A stretch of DNA of 64,000 nucleotides. Origin: an uncultured Thermodesulfobacteriota bacterium. GTDB lineage: Bacteria; Desulfobacterota; JBBIRW01. Each line of letters starts with the position of its first letter. The stretch's first letter is position 1. The stretch spans positions 263,734 to 327,733 of the forward strand of contig CAZDGM010000001.1 in NCBI GenBank assembly GCA_964505185.1. The letters are read 5' to 3'. Positions 39,067-48,366 of this stretch are shown here, piece by piece. The notes under the pieces are model-generated. The model was not told where the DNA came from. It did not search any database and saw only the letters and a program-made list of their open reading frames with translations. A program made the position numbers and the translations under genes.

Positions 39067-39576
39067 CTCCTTGAGCCCGATTTCTGTCCATGTTGCTGAT
39101 ATAGCAAGCCATCGCCCCCTTTCCTTTTTAAAGGAGATTTCGAACATATAGATACCGAGTGCACTCTTGATAAGCTCTTGAATCTCCTGCGATGGCTTTT
39201 TTTCACCGGTAAAGATGACCTTGATTCTTGCCTTTCCCTTTTCCCCGCCTGCCTCTATCTCCTCCTTTACTATAAAAATTGATATCTTTTCATTTCTCGC
39301 AAAATGATAAAGAAGGATGCCCTTTATACCATCCCTGTCATTTCCCATGGGGTCCTTGTAGGATGTTGAAATATGTTTAAGAAAACCTTTTAAATCCTTT
39401 GCCTGTGCTGCCTGTGCTGCTTCCCTTATTGTCCGGCTTATAAGCTCCTCATCAGGGGTATGTTTTTTTGAGCACGAAATGAGGGAAAGAAGGATGAGTA
39501 AGAAAATAAAATGTCTGTGTGCGTAACATTTACTTATTTTTATTCTATCTGCTATCATTAATAAACTATCTATCAA
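39058..39576 (-). CDS. Lipoprotein of unknown function
   Basis: Signal peptide ending in a lipobox (LISCS). No other recognisable motif. Confidence 0.45.
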   Translation of the reverse strand: MIDSLLMIADRIKISKCYAHRHFIFLLILLSLISCSKKHTPDEELISRTIREAAQAAQAKDLKGFLKHISTSYKDPMGNDRDGIKGILLYHFARNEKISIFIVKEEIEAGGEKGKARIKVIFTGEKKPSQEIQELIKSALGIYMFEISFKKERGRWLAISATWTEIGLKELL

Positions 39577-39600
39577 ATTATAAGCAATGGAGGTACAGAG

Positions 39601-40317
39601 ATGAAGAGGTCTATTTTGATCCTGCTAATTTCAATACTGTTTTTAATAATTTCAGAAAATGGATATGCAATGGGAATTGGTAAACCGACTGTTTCTCTAC
39701 CCTATGGTAAAGCGCAGCTTGAAATGGGTTACGATTTCTCTATAAGGGAAATGGATTTTGATGAGATCCCCAGTGAGGATATCATCGTGCAAAGATTCTA
39801 TGTAAGGCCATCATTTACAATAGATAGAAACCTTGAGCTATTTTTTTCAATAGGTGCTGCCTGGGCCGAGTCTGACAACAGCATCCTTGGTAGTGATTTC
39901 AATGGTGATGTGGGATTAGGAATTGGCGGTGGTGCTGCAGTGAATCTTCTTGAGATTGAGGGGAAGCCCTTCTGGGGTATTAAGGCCGAACTTTTTTATT
40001 TCGAAAGTGAAGATGAGGATTTTATAGGTTCACTCGGTGGGAAGATAAAGCAACTTAACTGGGAGATTTCAACGGGTGTTCAGTTCCATCAGATGGCAAA
40101 GACTTCTCCCTTCACCCCATATATGGGAATTGCATTAAGCGGTGTGGAAGGAACCCTTAAAATTGAAGGTCTCCCTGATAGGGATTACAGGCAGGACGAG
40201 CTTATAAAGGTATTCGGAGGGGTCGAGTACAGGATCTCGCCACTTGCATCCCTCCTTGCTGAAATTGATATTGGAGCGGAAACAGCTTTTATGACAAGTG
40301 TTATCTGGAGATTTTAA
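39601..40317 (+). CDS. Outer-membrane beta-barrel protein (putative)
   Basis: Signal peptide. Alternating amphipathic strands. C-terminal aromatic (..IWRF). Confidence 0.45.
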   Translation: MKRSILILLISILFLIISENGYAMGIGKPTVSLPYGKAQLEMGYDFSIREMDFDEIPSEDIIVQRFYVRPSFTIDRNLELFFSIGAAWAESDNSILGSDFNGDVGLGIGGGAAVNLLEIEGKPFWGIKAELFYFESEDEDFIGSLGGKIKQLNWEISTGVQFHQMAKTSPFTPYMGIALSGVEGTLKIEGLPDRDYRQDELIKVFGGVEYRISPLASLLAEIDIGAETAFMTSVIWRF

Positions 40318-40343
40318 TAGAAAGGATTTTTAAGGGAGAAAGA

Positions 40344-41177
40344 TTGAATCTTGGCGCTCATATCTCTATCAGCGGGGGACTGTGGAGGGCACTTATAAGG
40401 GGGAAGGAGATCGGATGCAATGTAATTCAGATATTCTTGCGGAATCAGGTAAGATGGGATTTTCCACCACTTGAAGAATCCCAAATAGCACTTTTTGATA
40501 GGGCATGGAAAGAAACAGGGATAAAGGATGTCATTGCCCATTCAAGCTACCTTATAAACCTGGCATCTCCGGATGAAAAATTGTGGAAGAGGTCCATAGA
40601 TGCATCCATCGAAGAGATAAGGAGGTGTTCACGATTGGGCATCTCCTACTGGATTGTCCATTGCGGCTCTCATGGTGGAATGGGGGTGAGGTGGGGGATC
40701 AGGAGGTGTGGCTCCGCTATCGCCAAAATTATTGATGAAATACGGGATACTTCAACCATAATACTTCTTGAAAATACAGCAGGTCAGGGCTCCTCCATTG
40801 GATCAAGGCTGGAGGAGATCTTTGATCTATTTAATAGTGTGAAAAATACTAAAAGATTGGGTGTATGCCTTGATACATGCCATCTTTTTGCTGCTGGATA
40901 CAGGCTTAACCATAAAGGCTGGGATAAGATTTTCAAAATAATCGATTCATTTGCGGGCTTCTCGAGAATAAAGGTTTTCCATCTTAATGATTCGAAGATG
41001 CCTTTTAACTCAAAAGTGGATCGCCATGAGCACATAGGCAGAGGCTACATCGGGATCGAGTCTTTCCGGTTAATTCTTTCAAACGAAAGATTCAGGGATA
41101 CACCAATGGTTATAGAAACACCAAAAGAAGGCGATATGGACAGGGAGAACCTCAAGGTACTCAGGGGTCTGTTTTAA
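40344..41177 (+). CDS. nfo: Endonuclease IV (AP endonuclease family 2)
   Basis: TTG start with GGGAGAAAGA RBS. NLGAHISISGG, HSSYLINLAS, HCGSH, LLENTAGQGSS and HLNDSK are the Nfo metal-binding motifs. Confidence 0.85.
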   Translation: MNLGAHISISGGLWRALIRGKEIGCNVIQIFLRNQVRWDFPPLEESQIALFDRAWKETGIKDVIAHSSYLINLASPDEKLWKRSIDASIEEIRRCSRLGISYWIVHCGSHGGMGVRWGIRRCGSAIAKIIDEIRDTSTIILLENTAGQGSSIGSRLEEIFDLFNSVKNTKRLGVCLDTCHLFAAGYRLNHKGWDKIFKIIDSFAGFSRIKVFHLNDSKMPFNSKVDRHEHIGRGYIGIESFRLILSNERFRDTPMVIETPKEGDMDRENLKVLRGLF

Positions 41178-41297
41178 AATAAAACGGGATTATATAAAAT
41201 GCCTTTTTTAAAGAATATTTTTAAAGAAAATTGTTGACAAGATTTGTAAGAGAAGATTTATTTTATAGATAACCTAAACTGATAAGGAGGAATAACA

Positions 41298-42878
41298 ATG
41301 AGTTTTAGCAGGGATATCAATAGGGGATCTATAACATCCACAAGATTAAGGATTCCCGAGGCTTCCCCATCTTCGGGCATCTGTTCTGTGTGCCTTGATG
41401 GATGCCCCGGCACATGTGAGATAGCAAAATCATCATTCAGAGGCAGGGAAGTTATATATCCAGAGCCATTTGGCAAGGTTACAGCAGGTGCAACAAAGGA
41501 TTATCCTGTTGATTTTTCCCATTTCAATATCCACGGCTCATGTGTAGGTGCATATGGTATTGAGGCAGACCCTGATAAGGCGATTTTTCCCAATGTAAAT
41601 GTGGAAACCATAATCGGAAAGGGGGATTATAAGATAAAGCTGCAGGTTCCCATTTTTACAGGTGCCCTTGGATCCACTGATATTGCAAGGAACAACTGGG
41701 AGGGTATGGCTATCGGATCAGCAATATCCGGCATTACGCTTGTAATAGGTGAGAATGTATGTGGTATGGATCCCGATGCAGAATTCAGAAACGGGAGGGT
41801 TATAAAATCGCCCGAGCTGGAAAGAAGGGTGAGGCTTTTTCAAGAATGGTATGAGGGGTATGGGGAGATCCTGGTTCAGCACAATGTCGAGGATGGAAGG
41901 GCAAGGGTGCCTGAATATGCTGTTGAAAAACTCGGTGTTAAGGCAATCGAGATAAAGTGGGGGCAGGGTGCAAAGGATATAGGTGGAGAGGTAAAGCTTT
42001 CCACCCTGGATCTTGCCCTCGAGTTAAAGGAAAGGGGGTATGTGGTTCTGCCTGATCCAGAGGATAGGGTGATTCAGAAGGCATTCAGGGATGGTGTTTT
42101 TAAAGAATTTGAAAGGCATTCAAGACTTGGCATGGTTAATGAGGAGGAGTTCATTAAGGAAGTGGAATATCTGAGGAAGATAGGTGTTAAGTTCGTATCC
42201 CTTAAAACCGGTGCCTACAGACCAAGGGACCTTGCCCTGGCACTTAAGCTTTGTTCCATAGCAAAGGTTGATCTCCTTACTGTTGATGGCGCCGGTGGAG
42301 GAACAGGAATGAGTCCATGGAGAATGATGAATGAATGGGGTATCCCGACTGTGCATATAGAATGTCTCCTTTATCAGTACGCAAAGAGGCTTCACGAAAA
42401 GGGTAAATATATACCTTCCCTTGCGATAGGTGGGGGGATTTCTTTTGAGGATCATATCTTTAAGGCGCTTGCCCTTGGTGCACCATTCGTTAAGGCCGTT
42501 TGCATGGGAAGGGCAACCATGATCCCTGCAATGGTTGGAAAGAATATAGGTATCTGGATAAAGGAGGGGAAGCTTCCGAAGAACATCTCACAATTTGGCA
42601 CTGACATAGAACACATATTTGTAACTGCAGAGATCCTTGAAAGCAAATATGGGAATAAATACAGGATGATCCCCCCTGGTGCTATAGGTCTCTATACATA
42701 TATAGACAGGATAAAAACAGGACTTCAGCAGCTTATGGCTGGAGCAAGGAAATTCACGATCGATCACATCTCAAGGGATGATATCTTTGCACTTACAAAA
42801 GAGGCATCGGAGATTTCAGGTATCCCCTACGTTATGGAGTGTGATCGGGAAGAGGCGGAAAAGATCCTCGATTTTTGA
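41298..42878 (+). CDS. Glutamate-synthase-related FMN-domain protein (GltS domain 2 family, stand-alone)
   Basis: N-terminal Cys cluster CSVCLDGCPGTCE. LTVDGAGGGTGMSP (FMN/substrate motif). GGGISFEDHIFKALALGA. Confidence 0.7.
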   Translation: MSFSRDINRGSITSTRLRIPEASPSSGICSVCLDGCPGTCEIAKSSFRGREVIYPEPFGKVTAGATKDYPVDFSHFNIHGSCVGAYGIEADPDKAIFPNVNVETIIGKGDYKIKLQVPIFTGALGSTDIARNNWEGMAIGSAISGITLVIGENVCGMDPDAEFRNGRVIKSPELERRVRLFQEWYEGYGEILVQHNVEDGRARVPEYAVEKLGVKAIEIKWGQGAKDIGGEVKLSTLDLALELKERGYVVLPDPEDRVIQKAFRDGVFKEFERHSRLGMVNEEEFIKEVEYLRKIGVKFVSLKTGAYRPRDLALALKLCSIAKVDLLTVDGAGGGTGMSPWRMMNEWGIPTVHIECLLYQYAKRLHEKGKYIPSLAIGGGISFEDHIFKALALGAPFVKAVCMGRATMIPAMVGKNIGIWIKEGKLPKNISQFGTDIEHIFVTAEILESKYGNKYRMIPPGAIGLYTYIDRIKTGLQQLMAGARKFTIDHISRDDIFALTKEASEISGIPYVMECDREEAEKILDF

Positions 42879-42960
42879 TCAAAGATCCCGTTCACTTTAA
42901 AGGCAGGGCTGCATTGGCTCTCATGTTATACCTCTGATATAAATCGATCGGGGTGGAGAA

Positions 42961-44007
42961 ATGTTATTAAAGATGATCCCGAGGCCTACTTTTACCTTAG
43001 TAACCGCCCTTGCTGTGCTTATAATAGGATATATCATAAGGCATCTACTTTTTAACATCCTTCATAAGTGGGCGAAAAAAACAGAATCAAAGTTAGATGA
43101 TATAATACTCAATGCAACAGGCAGGGCATCGATCTTCTGGATTGTTCTTCTTGCTATCTACATGACAGTAAGAACGATGGATCTTGAATTGAGAACTTCT
43201 CTCCTTTTTGAGAAAGGGTTAATATCACTCCTTATCTTCAGTGTTTCTCTTGTCATTGCAAAGATAGTCGGTGATTTCATTGAATCCTACGGAGAGAGAT
43301 TTGAAGGAATAATGCCGATAACTACACTTACAAGAAATATCTCTCGATGGGTAATTATCATAATAGGTCTCTTAATAATACTGAACATGCTCGATATCTC
43401 AATCACGCCCATCCTTACAGCACTCGGTGTTGGCGGTCTTGCAGTTGCACTCGGTCTTCAGGACACCCTCTCAAACCTTTTTGCAGGTATTTACATAACG
43501 ATTTCAAAACAGATAAGGGTTGGTGATTATATAAAACTTGACACAGGAGATGAGGGCTATGTTGTTGATATTGGTTGGAGGGCTACGAGGATAAGGACTC
43601 TCCCAAACAATCTTGTAATAATCCCCAATGCAAAACTTTCCCAATCCATAATTACAAACTACTACCTTCCTGAAAAAAGGATGTCCCTTCTCATACCGAT
43701 TTCTGTAAGTTATGAGAGCGATCCTGAAAGAATTGAACGGATTCTTATTGATGAGGCAAAAAAGGCGACAAAGGAGATTCCAGGAATGGTTGAAGAGTCA
43801 GAGCCGTTTGTAAGATTTATTCCGGGCTTTGGCGATTTTTCACTCAATTTTACGCTAATCTGTCAGGTAAAGGAGTTTGTGGATCAGTATTATGTGCAGC
43901 ATGAGATGAGAAAGAGGATATTCAGGCGTTTCAAGGAGGAAGGTATTGAAATCCCTTTTCCTATAAGGACTGTTTATCTGAGATCAGATTCCATGTCTGA
44001 AAAATAA
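42961..44007 (+). CDS. Mechanosensitive ion channel, MscS family
   Basis: Three TM helices then the MscS beta-domain (VGDYIKLDTGDEGYVVDIGWRATRIRTLPNNLVIIPN). Confidence 0.8.
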   Translation: MLLKMIPRPTFTLVTALAVLIIGYIIRHLLFNILHKWAKKTESKLDDIILNATGRASIFWIVLLAIYMTVRTMDLELRTSLLFEKGLISLLIFSVSLVIAKIVGDFIESYGERFEGIMPITTLTRNISRWVIIIIGLLIILNMLDISITPILTALGVGGLAVALGLQDTLSNLFAGIYITISKQIRVGDYIKLDTGDEGYVVDIGWRATRIRTLPNNLVIIPNAKLSQSIITNYYLPEKRMSLLIPISVSYESDPERIERILIDEAKKATKEIPGMVEESEPFVRFIPGFGDFSLNFTLICQVKEFVDQYYVQHEMRKRIFRRFKEEGIEIPFPIRTVYLRSDSMSEK

Positions 44008-44078
44008 CCGTAATGCTCTCAATTTTAAGGGTTAGACTGTATAATAAGAATGATATAGAATATAAGTGCTTTTAATGT

Positions 44079-44438
44079 ATGAACGAGATAAAGATTTTCA
44101 AAAGAAGCAGAGAAGAGGCGATAAGAGAGCTGGAGAATTATATCTGGAGCGAGATTTCAAACACAATAAAGCATGAATTAGAGCTGCTCCAGGCAATGGA
44201 AAAGAGGGCATGTAATATCTACGACCTCGCCTCAAGGTTAAGGGAAAAAGAGTTGATGCAGCTTTTCAGTTCAAGGAGGAGGAAGAAGTTTTATATGATG
44301 ATGAGGGCTATAATCAAGATGAAGGATGGGACATATGGATTGTGTGAAGATTGCGGTGAGCCAATAGCCCTTAAACGCCTAAAGGCCATCCCATATGCCA
44401 CCCTCTGCTTCTCCTGTCAGTTGAGGAAGGAGAGGTAA
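44079..44438 (+). CDS. DksA/TraR-family C4 zinc-finger protein
   Basis: C-terminal CEDCGEPI...CFSCQ four-Cys finger after a coiled-coil region. Confidence 0.65.
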   Translation: MNEIKIFKRSREEAIRELENYIWSEISNTIKHELELLQAMEKRACNIYDLASRLREKELMQLFSSRRRKKFYMMMRAIIKMKDGTYGLCEDCGEPIALKRLKAIPYATLCFSCQLRKER

Positions 44439-44558
44439 CTTTTCCTTGCAATTTAGGTTTTCTTGGATTTAAATAGAGAAAAATAGAACCTTTCAAAGTC
44501 TTACGGGAAGCAAGCGGGCATTTAAGCCCGGAGGAATCCCTGGTTCTTTGGAGGTATT

Positions 44559-44873
44559 TTGGAGGAAGGTATGCCAACCAAACTTTATGTAGGTAACCTC
44601 TCTTTTAAAGTAACAGAGAGTGAGCTTCAGGAATTATTTCAGAAAGTAGGAGAGGTGAGATCAGTAAAAATCATAACGGATCGCTACACAGGTCAAAGCC
44701 GTGGCTTTGGATTTGTCGAAATGGCAAATGCTGAGGATGCAAGTAAGGCTATCTCCGAATTGAACGGAAAGTCATTTAAAGAGAGACAGATAATCGTTAA
44801 CGAGGCAAGACCGGAGAGGGAAGACAGAAGGTCAGGCAGAAGAGAAGGGAAAGGGAAGGGCAGGAGATATTAA
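44559..44873 (+). CDS. RRM-type RNA-binding protein (RNP-1/RNP-2), Gly/Arg-rich tail
   Basis: KLYVGNLSF (RNP-2). RGFGFVEM (RNP-1). C-terminal RRSGRREGKGKGRRY. Confidence 0.85.
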   Translation: MEEGMPTKLYVGNLSFKVTESELQELFQKVGEVRSVKIITDRYTGQSRGFGFVEMANAEDASKAISELNGKSFKERQIIVNEARPEREDRRSGRREGKGKGRRY

Positions 44874-44909
44874 TTGCCCTTATGAGATAGAGACAGTATC
44901 CTCTCTGCT

Positions 44910-46106
44910 TTGAAATTTTGTCCAGAAATTAAAGGCCCCGGTATCTGGGGAAAAGATCAGCGACATATAGTTATGTTCAGAATCATTGAGAAGTATGTTG
45001 ATATCTTACCATCTCAAAATGGAGAATTTTTTGCACATCTTGCACAGATCCCATGTAGCCTTAAGGTAAAGGATTTTTACTGGAAGATTGAGGATCCCGA
45101 ATCCCACTGGCATTGCATGAAATCCATTCTTCAGATAATATCGCAATGTGAAAAAGGAAAGGATTTTCTGAACTTTGTTATTTTTCCAGAAGCATCTGTT
45201 CCACATCTATTTATAAAGGATTTCATTGAATTTGCGAGAAAAGATTTAAGGAAAAACAGTATTGTCATAGCAGGTATTGAACATATCTCCCTCTATGAGT
45301 ATGAAAATCTTCTTGAGGAGTTTGCGATCGATAATTGTGAGGCACTTACTGAGGTAAGAAGGGATGCTGAGTCTGAAGAAAAAGAAAAGCCGGTTAACTG
45401 CTGTATGATAATAGTCAAGGAAGTAAATGATAACTTTCATATTTTCTTTGAAGCAAAAACACATCCATTTAGAGGTGAGGAACATATAAGCCATTTTATA
45501 GATCTCTACCGCGGAAAACATATATATCTATTCAGATCGGAGCAGTATTCCTTCAATTTTATAGTCCTCCTGTGTTTCGATTATGTATATAGAGATTTGA
45601 GATATTCAAATATTCAGACTATAATCGAAAGGGCTAATAATCTATTTTTTGATGAAAGGCAGGATCTTGATCTCCTGATAATAATACAGAACAATCCAAA
45701 ACCAGAGCATAAGGCTTTTATCGACACAGTTGCTGGATTTTATGGAGAATTTCTCAGCTATAATCCTGGTGTAAGGAATGCATTAACCATTTTCTTGAAT
45801 ACATCGGGCGAGGTTTATCCTGAGGAAAGCAATCTATATGGTTATAGTTCTGTTTGTTTTAATGAAAGATTTAAACTAAGGGATATAAATACAGCAGAGT
45901 ATTCAACAGATGATTTCTATGGGGCAAGGGTCTGCAGGGTAAGATTTGGAAGGAACACAAGGCTTTATCTATTAAAATTGATACTTGAGCACGAGATTGA
46001 TCCGAGGACAGTAAGGATCCCAATAAGGGTTATCGATATCTATAAACAGGAGGATGGAAGGTGGAGAAAGATGCTTGTTGATGAGATTATCTATGGAAAA
46101 AAATGA
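44910..46106 (+). CDS. Nitrilase-superfamily (carbon-nitrogen hydrolase) fold protein with N- and C-terminal extensions; function unknown
   Basis: FVIFPEASVP (catalytic Glu context), EAKTHPF (catalytic Lys context, cf. YrKiHLF) and IVLLCFDYVY (catalytic Cys context, cf. ICyDlrFPE), in the right order and spacing for the E-K-C triad. Confidence 0.5.
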   Translation: MKFCPEIKGPGIWGKDQRHIVMFRIIEKYVDILPSQNGEFFAHLAQIPCSLKVKDFYWKIEDPESHWHCMKSILQIISQCEKGKDFLNFVIFPEASVPHLFIKDFIEFARKDLRKNSIVIAGIEHISLYEYENLLEEFAIDNCEALTEVRRDAESEEKEKPVNCCMIIVKEVNDNFHIFFEAKTHPFRGEEHISHFIDLYRGKHIYLFRSEQYSFNFIVLLCFDYVYRDLRYSNIQTIIERANNLFFDERQDLDLLIIIQNNPKPEHKAFIDTVAGFYGEFLSYNPGVRNALTIFLNTSGEVYPEESNLYGYSSVCFNERFKLRDINTAEYSTDDFYGARVCRVRFGRNTRLYLLKLILEHEIDPRTVRIPIRVIDIYKQEDGRWRKMLVDEIIYGKK

Positions 46107-46572
46107 TATATCCCTTCTTGAAGATAAGATAAAATATTATTTTCATAACAGAGAACTCCTTCATCAGTGTCTTACACACCCATCGTATTCAAATGAAAAT
46201 CCTTCGAGCAAGAGCAACAGGCGACTTGAATTTTTAGGCGATGCTGTTCTTAATAGCATAGTGACAATAATTCTTTACAAGATATTCCCAGGTCTTCGGG
46301 AGGGGGCCTTGAGTTATATGAGATCAATGCTCGTTAGTAAACAGGAATTGTTTGAGATAGGTAAATCTATCTCCCTTCAGGAATTCATATTTCTTGGAAA
46401 GGGTGAAGAAAAAACGGATGGAAGAAATAAGATATCCATTGTTGCTGGTTCACTTGAGGCATTAATAGGAGCGGTTTTCCTCGATGGTGGTTTTGAAAGG
46501 GTCTTTGAAGTTGTAAAGCATCTTTACAATGAAAGGGTAGAACGCATCCTATATAAGGAAAAAATCGAGTAA
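46093..46572 (+). CDS. RNase III catalytic-domain protein lacking a dsRNA-binding domain (159 aa)
   Basis: NRRLEFLGDAVL (RNase III signature) and EALIGAVFLDGG. The protein ends about 25 aa after the catalytic domain. ATG 46093 overlaps the upstream gene by 14 nt. Confidence 0.75.
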   Translation: MEKNDISLLEDKIKYYFHNRELLHQCLTHPSYSNENPSSKSNRRLEFLGDAVLNSIVTIILYKIFPGLREGALSYMRSMLVSKQELFEIGKSISLQEFIFLGKGEEKTDGRNKISIVAGSLEALIGAVFLDGGFERVFEVVKHLYNERVERILYKEKIE

Positions 46573-46637
46573 TTATTTAAATTTTTGTTGAGTCAATATA
46601 CAGATCCAGTATATAATGCAAACAAAAGGAGTTCTCT

Positions 46638-48110
46638 ATGGCAGTTGTGATAAGAAAGGATCCGAGGCTTCCAGTTTCCATTCCTGTTACGCTGGAGAGC
46701 AAGGAAAATAAGGAAGGTAGGATTGCAATTGCAAAAAATGTGAGCCTTTCAGGAATGTATATCGAAGGAATGGTGCCTTCCCCACCTGATGACCTTGTGA
46801 AGGTGAGATTCAATCTTCCAGGTTTTGATATGGATGTGGAGGTTGTGGGGAGGATTGTCAGAAGGGATGAGAAAGGAGGCGCTATAAGTTTTCTGGATTT
46901 TCAGGAGCCCTTGAAGATAAAACTCTGGGATTTCATGAGGGAGAAACTTATTCAGGAGAGACACTGCCCCTACTGTGGTGAGTATTTTGAGGTAAGACCA
47001 AGGATATGCAGGGAGTGTGGACTGAGTCTTGCGTTTGAGGAGCCTGATTACCTGCAGTTCCATAAAAGGGATTCCCTTAAAAGAAGGCTTATAGAAAGGA
47101 TCAGCCTGCTTCCTGATGAGAAGATCGTCGAGATAATAAATGCATTGGGCAGGGAGATGAAAAGGGTACAGAGTGAAGCGACTACTGAATTTGAAGGAAT
47201 GATCGGTATGTCTGAATCGATGGGCGATATATTTCAATTAATTAGAAATGTGGCCCATACAGATCTTCCCGTGCTTATAATCGGTGAGAATGGAACGGGG
47301 AAGGAACTTGCAGCATATACTATCCATAAAAAGAGTTTGAGAAAGGATAAGCCATTTGTTGTTGTTAACTGTTCAAATGTTCCTGAAGCATTTATAGAAA
47401 AGGAACTATTTGGAACAGAGGGTTCTTCCGGATTGTCGGAAAGCTTAACCGCTATGGGAAAATTCGCATATACAAGGGGTGGGACCCTTTACTTTGATGA
47501 GGTTGGTAATCTCCCCCTTTCGATACAGGACAGGATCCTTAATTTTATGAAATGCGAAGCATTCTCCTCACTCAATGTGAGGATAATATCAGGAACGAGT
47601 AGAGAGATTTCGAGGGATGTGGAGGAAGGGAGATTTCGAAATGAGCTTTTCCAGAGGCTTGCAGCAATCACGATCAAGATGCCTCCGCTTCGTGAAAGGG
47701 GTGAGGATATTATACTCCTTGCAAAATACTATCTCGAAAGGTTAACAAGGGATATAAAAAAGGAAACAAAAGGCTTTACTGAAGAAGCGTTAAGATTGCT
47801 TAAAGATCATTCGTGGCCTGGGAATGTAGCAGAGCTTATAAACAGGATAAGAAGGGCAATAATAATGTCTGTTGGTGAATATATAAGTGGTGAAGACCTT
47901 GGACTTATTCATGTTGAGAGCTCAAAGGGTCTTTATACACTCAAACAGGCAAAGAACATAGCTGAAGGTGAGATAATAAAGAAGACCCTTTATCATTTTG
48001 GCGGAAATATATCAAGGGCGTCAAAAAGTCTCGGTGTAAGTAGAACCTGCCTTTACCGTCTTATCAAGAAGCATCGTCTTGAAGCCATCGAGATAAAGAA
48101 AAAGAAGTAA
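46638..48110 (+). CDS. PilZ domain – zinc ribbon – AAA+ sigma54-activator-like domain (GAFTGA absent) – Fis-type HTH regulator
   Basis: PilZ motifs RKDPR ... NVSLSG. CPYCGEYFEVRPRICRECG zinc ribbon. Walker A GENGTGKE, Walker B LYFDEV, R-finger LNVRIISGTSR. The GAFTGA position reads GTEGSSGLSESLTAM. C-terminal HTH. Confidence 0.75.
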   Translation: MAVVIRKDPRLPVSIPVTLESKENKEGRIAIAKNVSLSGMYIEGMVPSPPDDLVKVRFNLPGFDMDVEVVGRIVRRDEKGGAISFLDFQEPLKIKLWDFMREKLIQERHCPYCGEYFEVRPRICRECGLSLAFEEPDYLQFHKRDSLKRRLIERISLLPDEKIVEIINALGREMKRVQSEATTEFEGMIGMSESMGDIFQLIRNVAHTDLPVLIIGENGTGKELAAYTIHKKSLRKDKPFVVVNCSNVPEAFIEKELFGTEGSSGLSESLTAMGKFAYTRGGTLYFDEVGNLPLSIQDRILNFMKCEAFSSLNVRIISGTSREISRDVEEGRFRNELFQRLAAITIKMPPLRERGEDIILLAKYYLERLTRDIKKETKGFTEEALRLLKDHSWPGNVAELINRIRRAIIMSVGEYISGEDLGLIHVESSKGLYTLKQAKNIAEGEIIKKTLYHFGGNISRASKSLGVSRTCLYRLIKKHRLEAIEIKKKK

Positions 48111-48156
48111 TCCATGAAAGATTCTTTTAATTTATGGTAAATGAAAGGGGGAAACT

Positions 48157-48345
48157 ATGTCTGACCAGAGGGAGATAATTCTCGATCTTCTTACAATGAT
48201 TGGGATTAGCTGTAATACCTGTAAAAAGGCACTTTACATTGAGCCTCTTCCTAAGAATATAATAGTTGGAAATCTTGACTGCATCATTAAAATAACAGAT
48301 GTTATAAAAGAGGCCCTTCAGATTCATCCGGCCTCCAGAGAGTAA
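48157..48345 (+). CDS. Small hypothetical protein (62 aa)
   Basis: Strong RBS AAGGGGGAA 7 nt upstream of ATG. Sits in the gap between the regulator and the FabI-like gene. Confidence 0.4.
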   Translation: MSDQREIILDLLTMIGISCNTCKKALYIEPLPKNIIVGNLDCIIKITDVIKEALQIHPASRE

Positions 48346-48366
48346 TGATCAGCAAGGGGGTAAAAA

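Noticed and set aside
41178-41297. TTGACA box upstream of the GltS-like gene
   Set aside because: There is no acceptable -10 hexamer at 16-18 nt spacing. Promoter status is left uncalled.
44439-44558. 120-nt 5' leader of the RRM protein gene with a CGGGC-N6-GCCCG hairpin, considered as a cis-regulatory RNA (cold-shock-type leader)
   Set aside because: There is only a short 5-bp stem. No covariation evidence is available from a single sequence.
46749-47237. 162-aa minus-strand ORF
   Set aside because: It is antisense to the AAA+ regulator, which has strong conserved motifs. It has no independent support.
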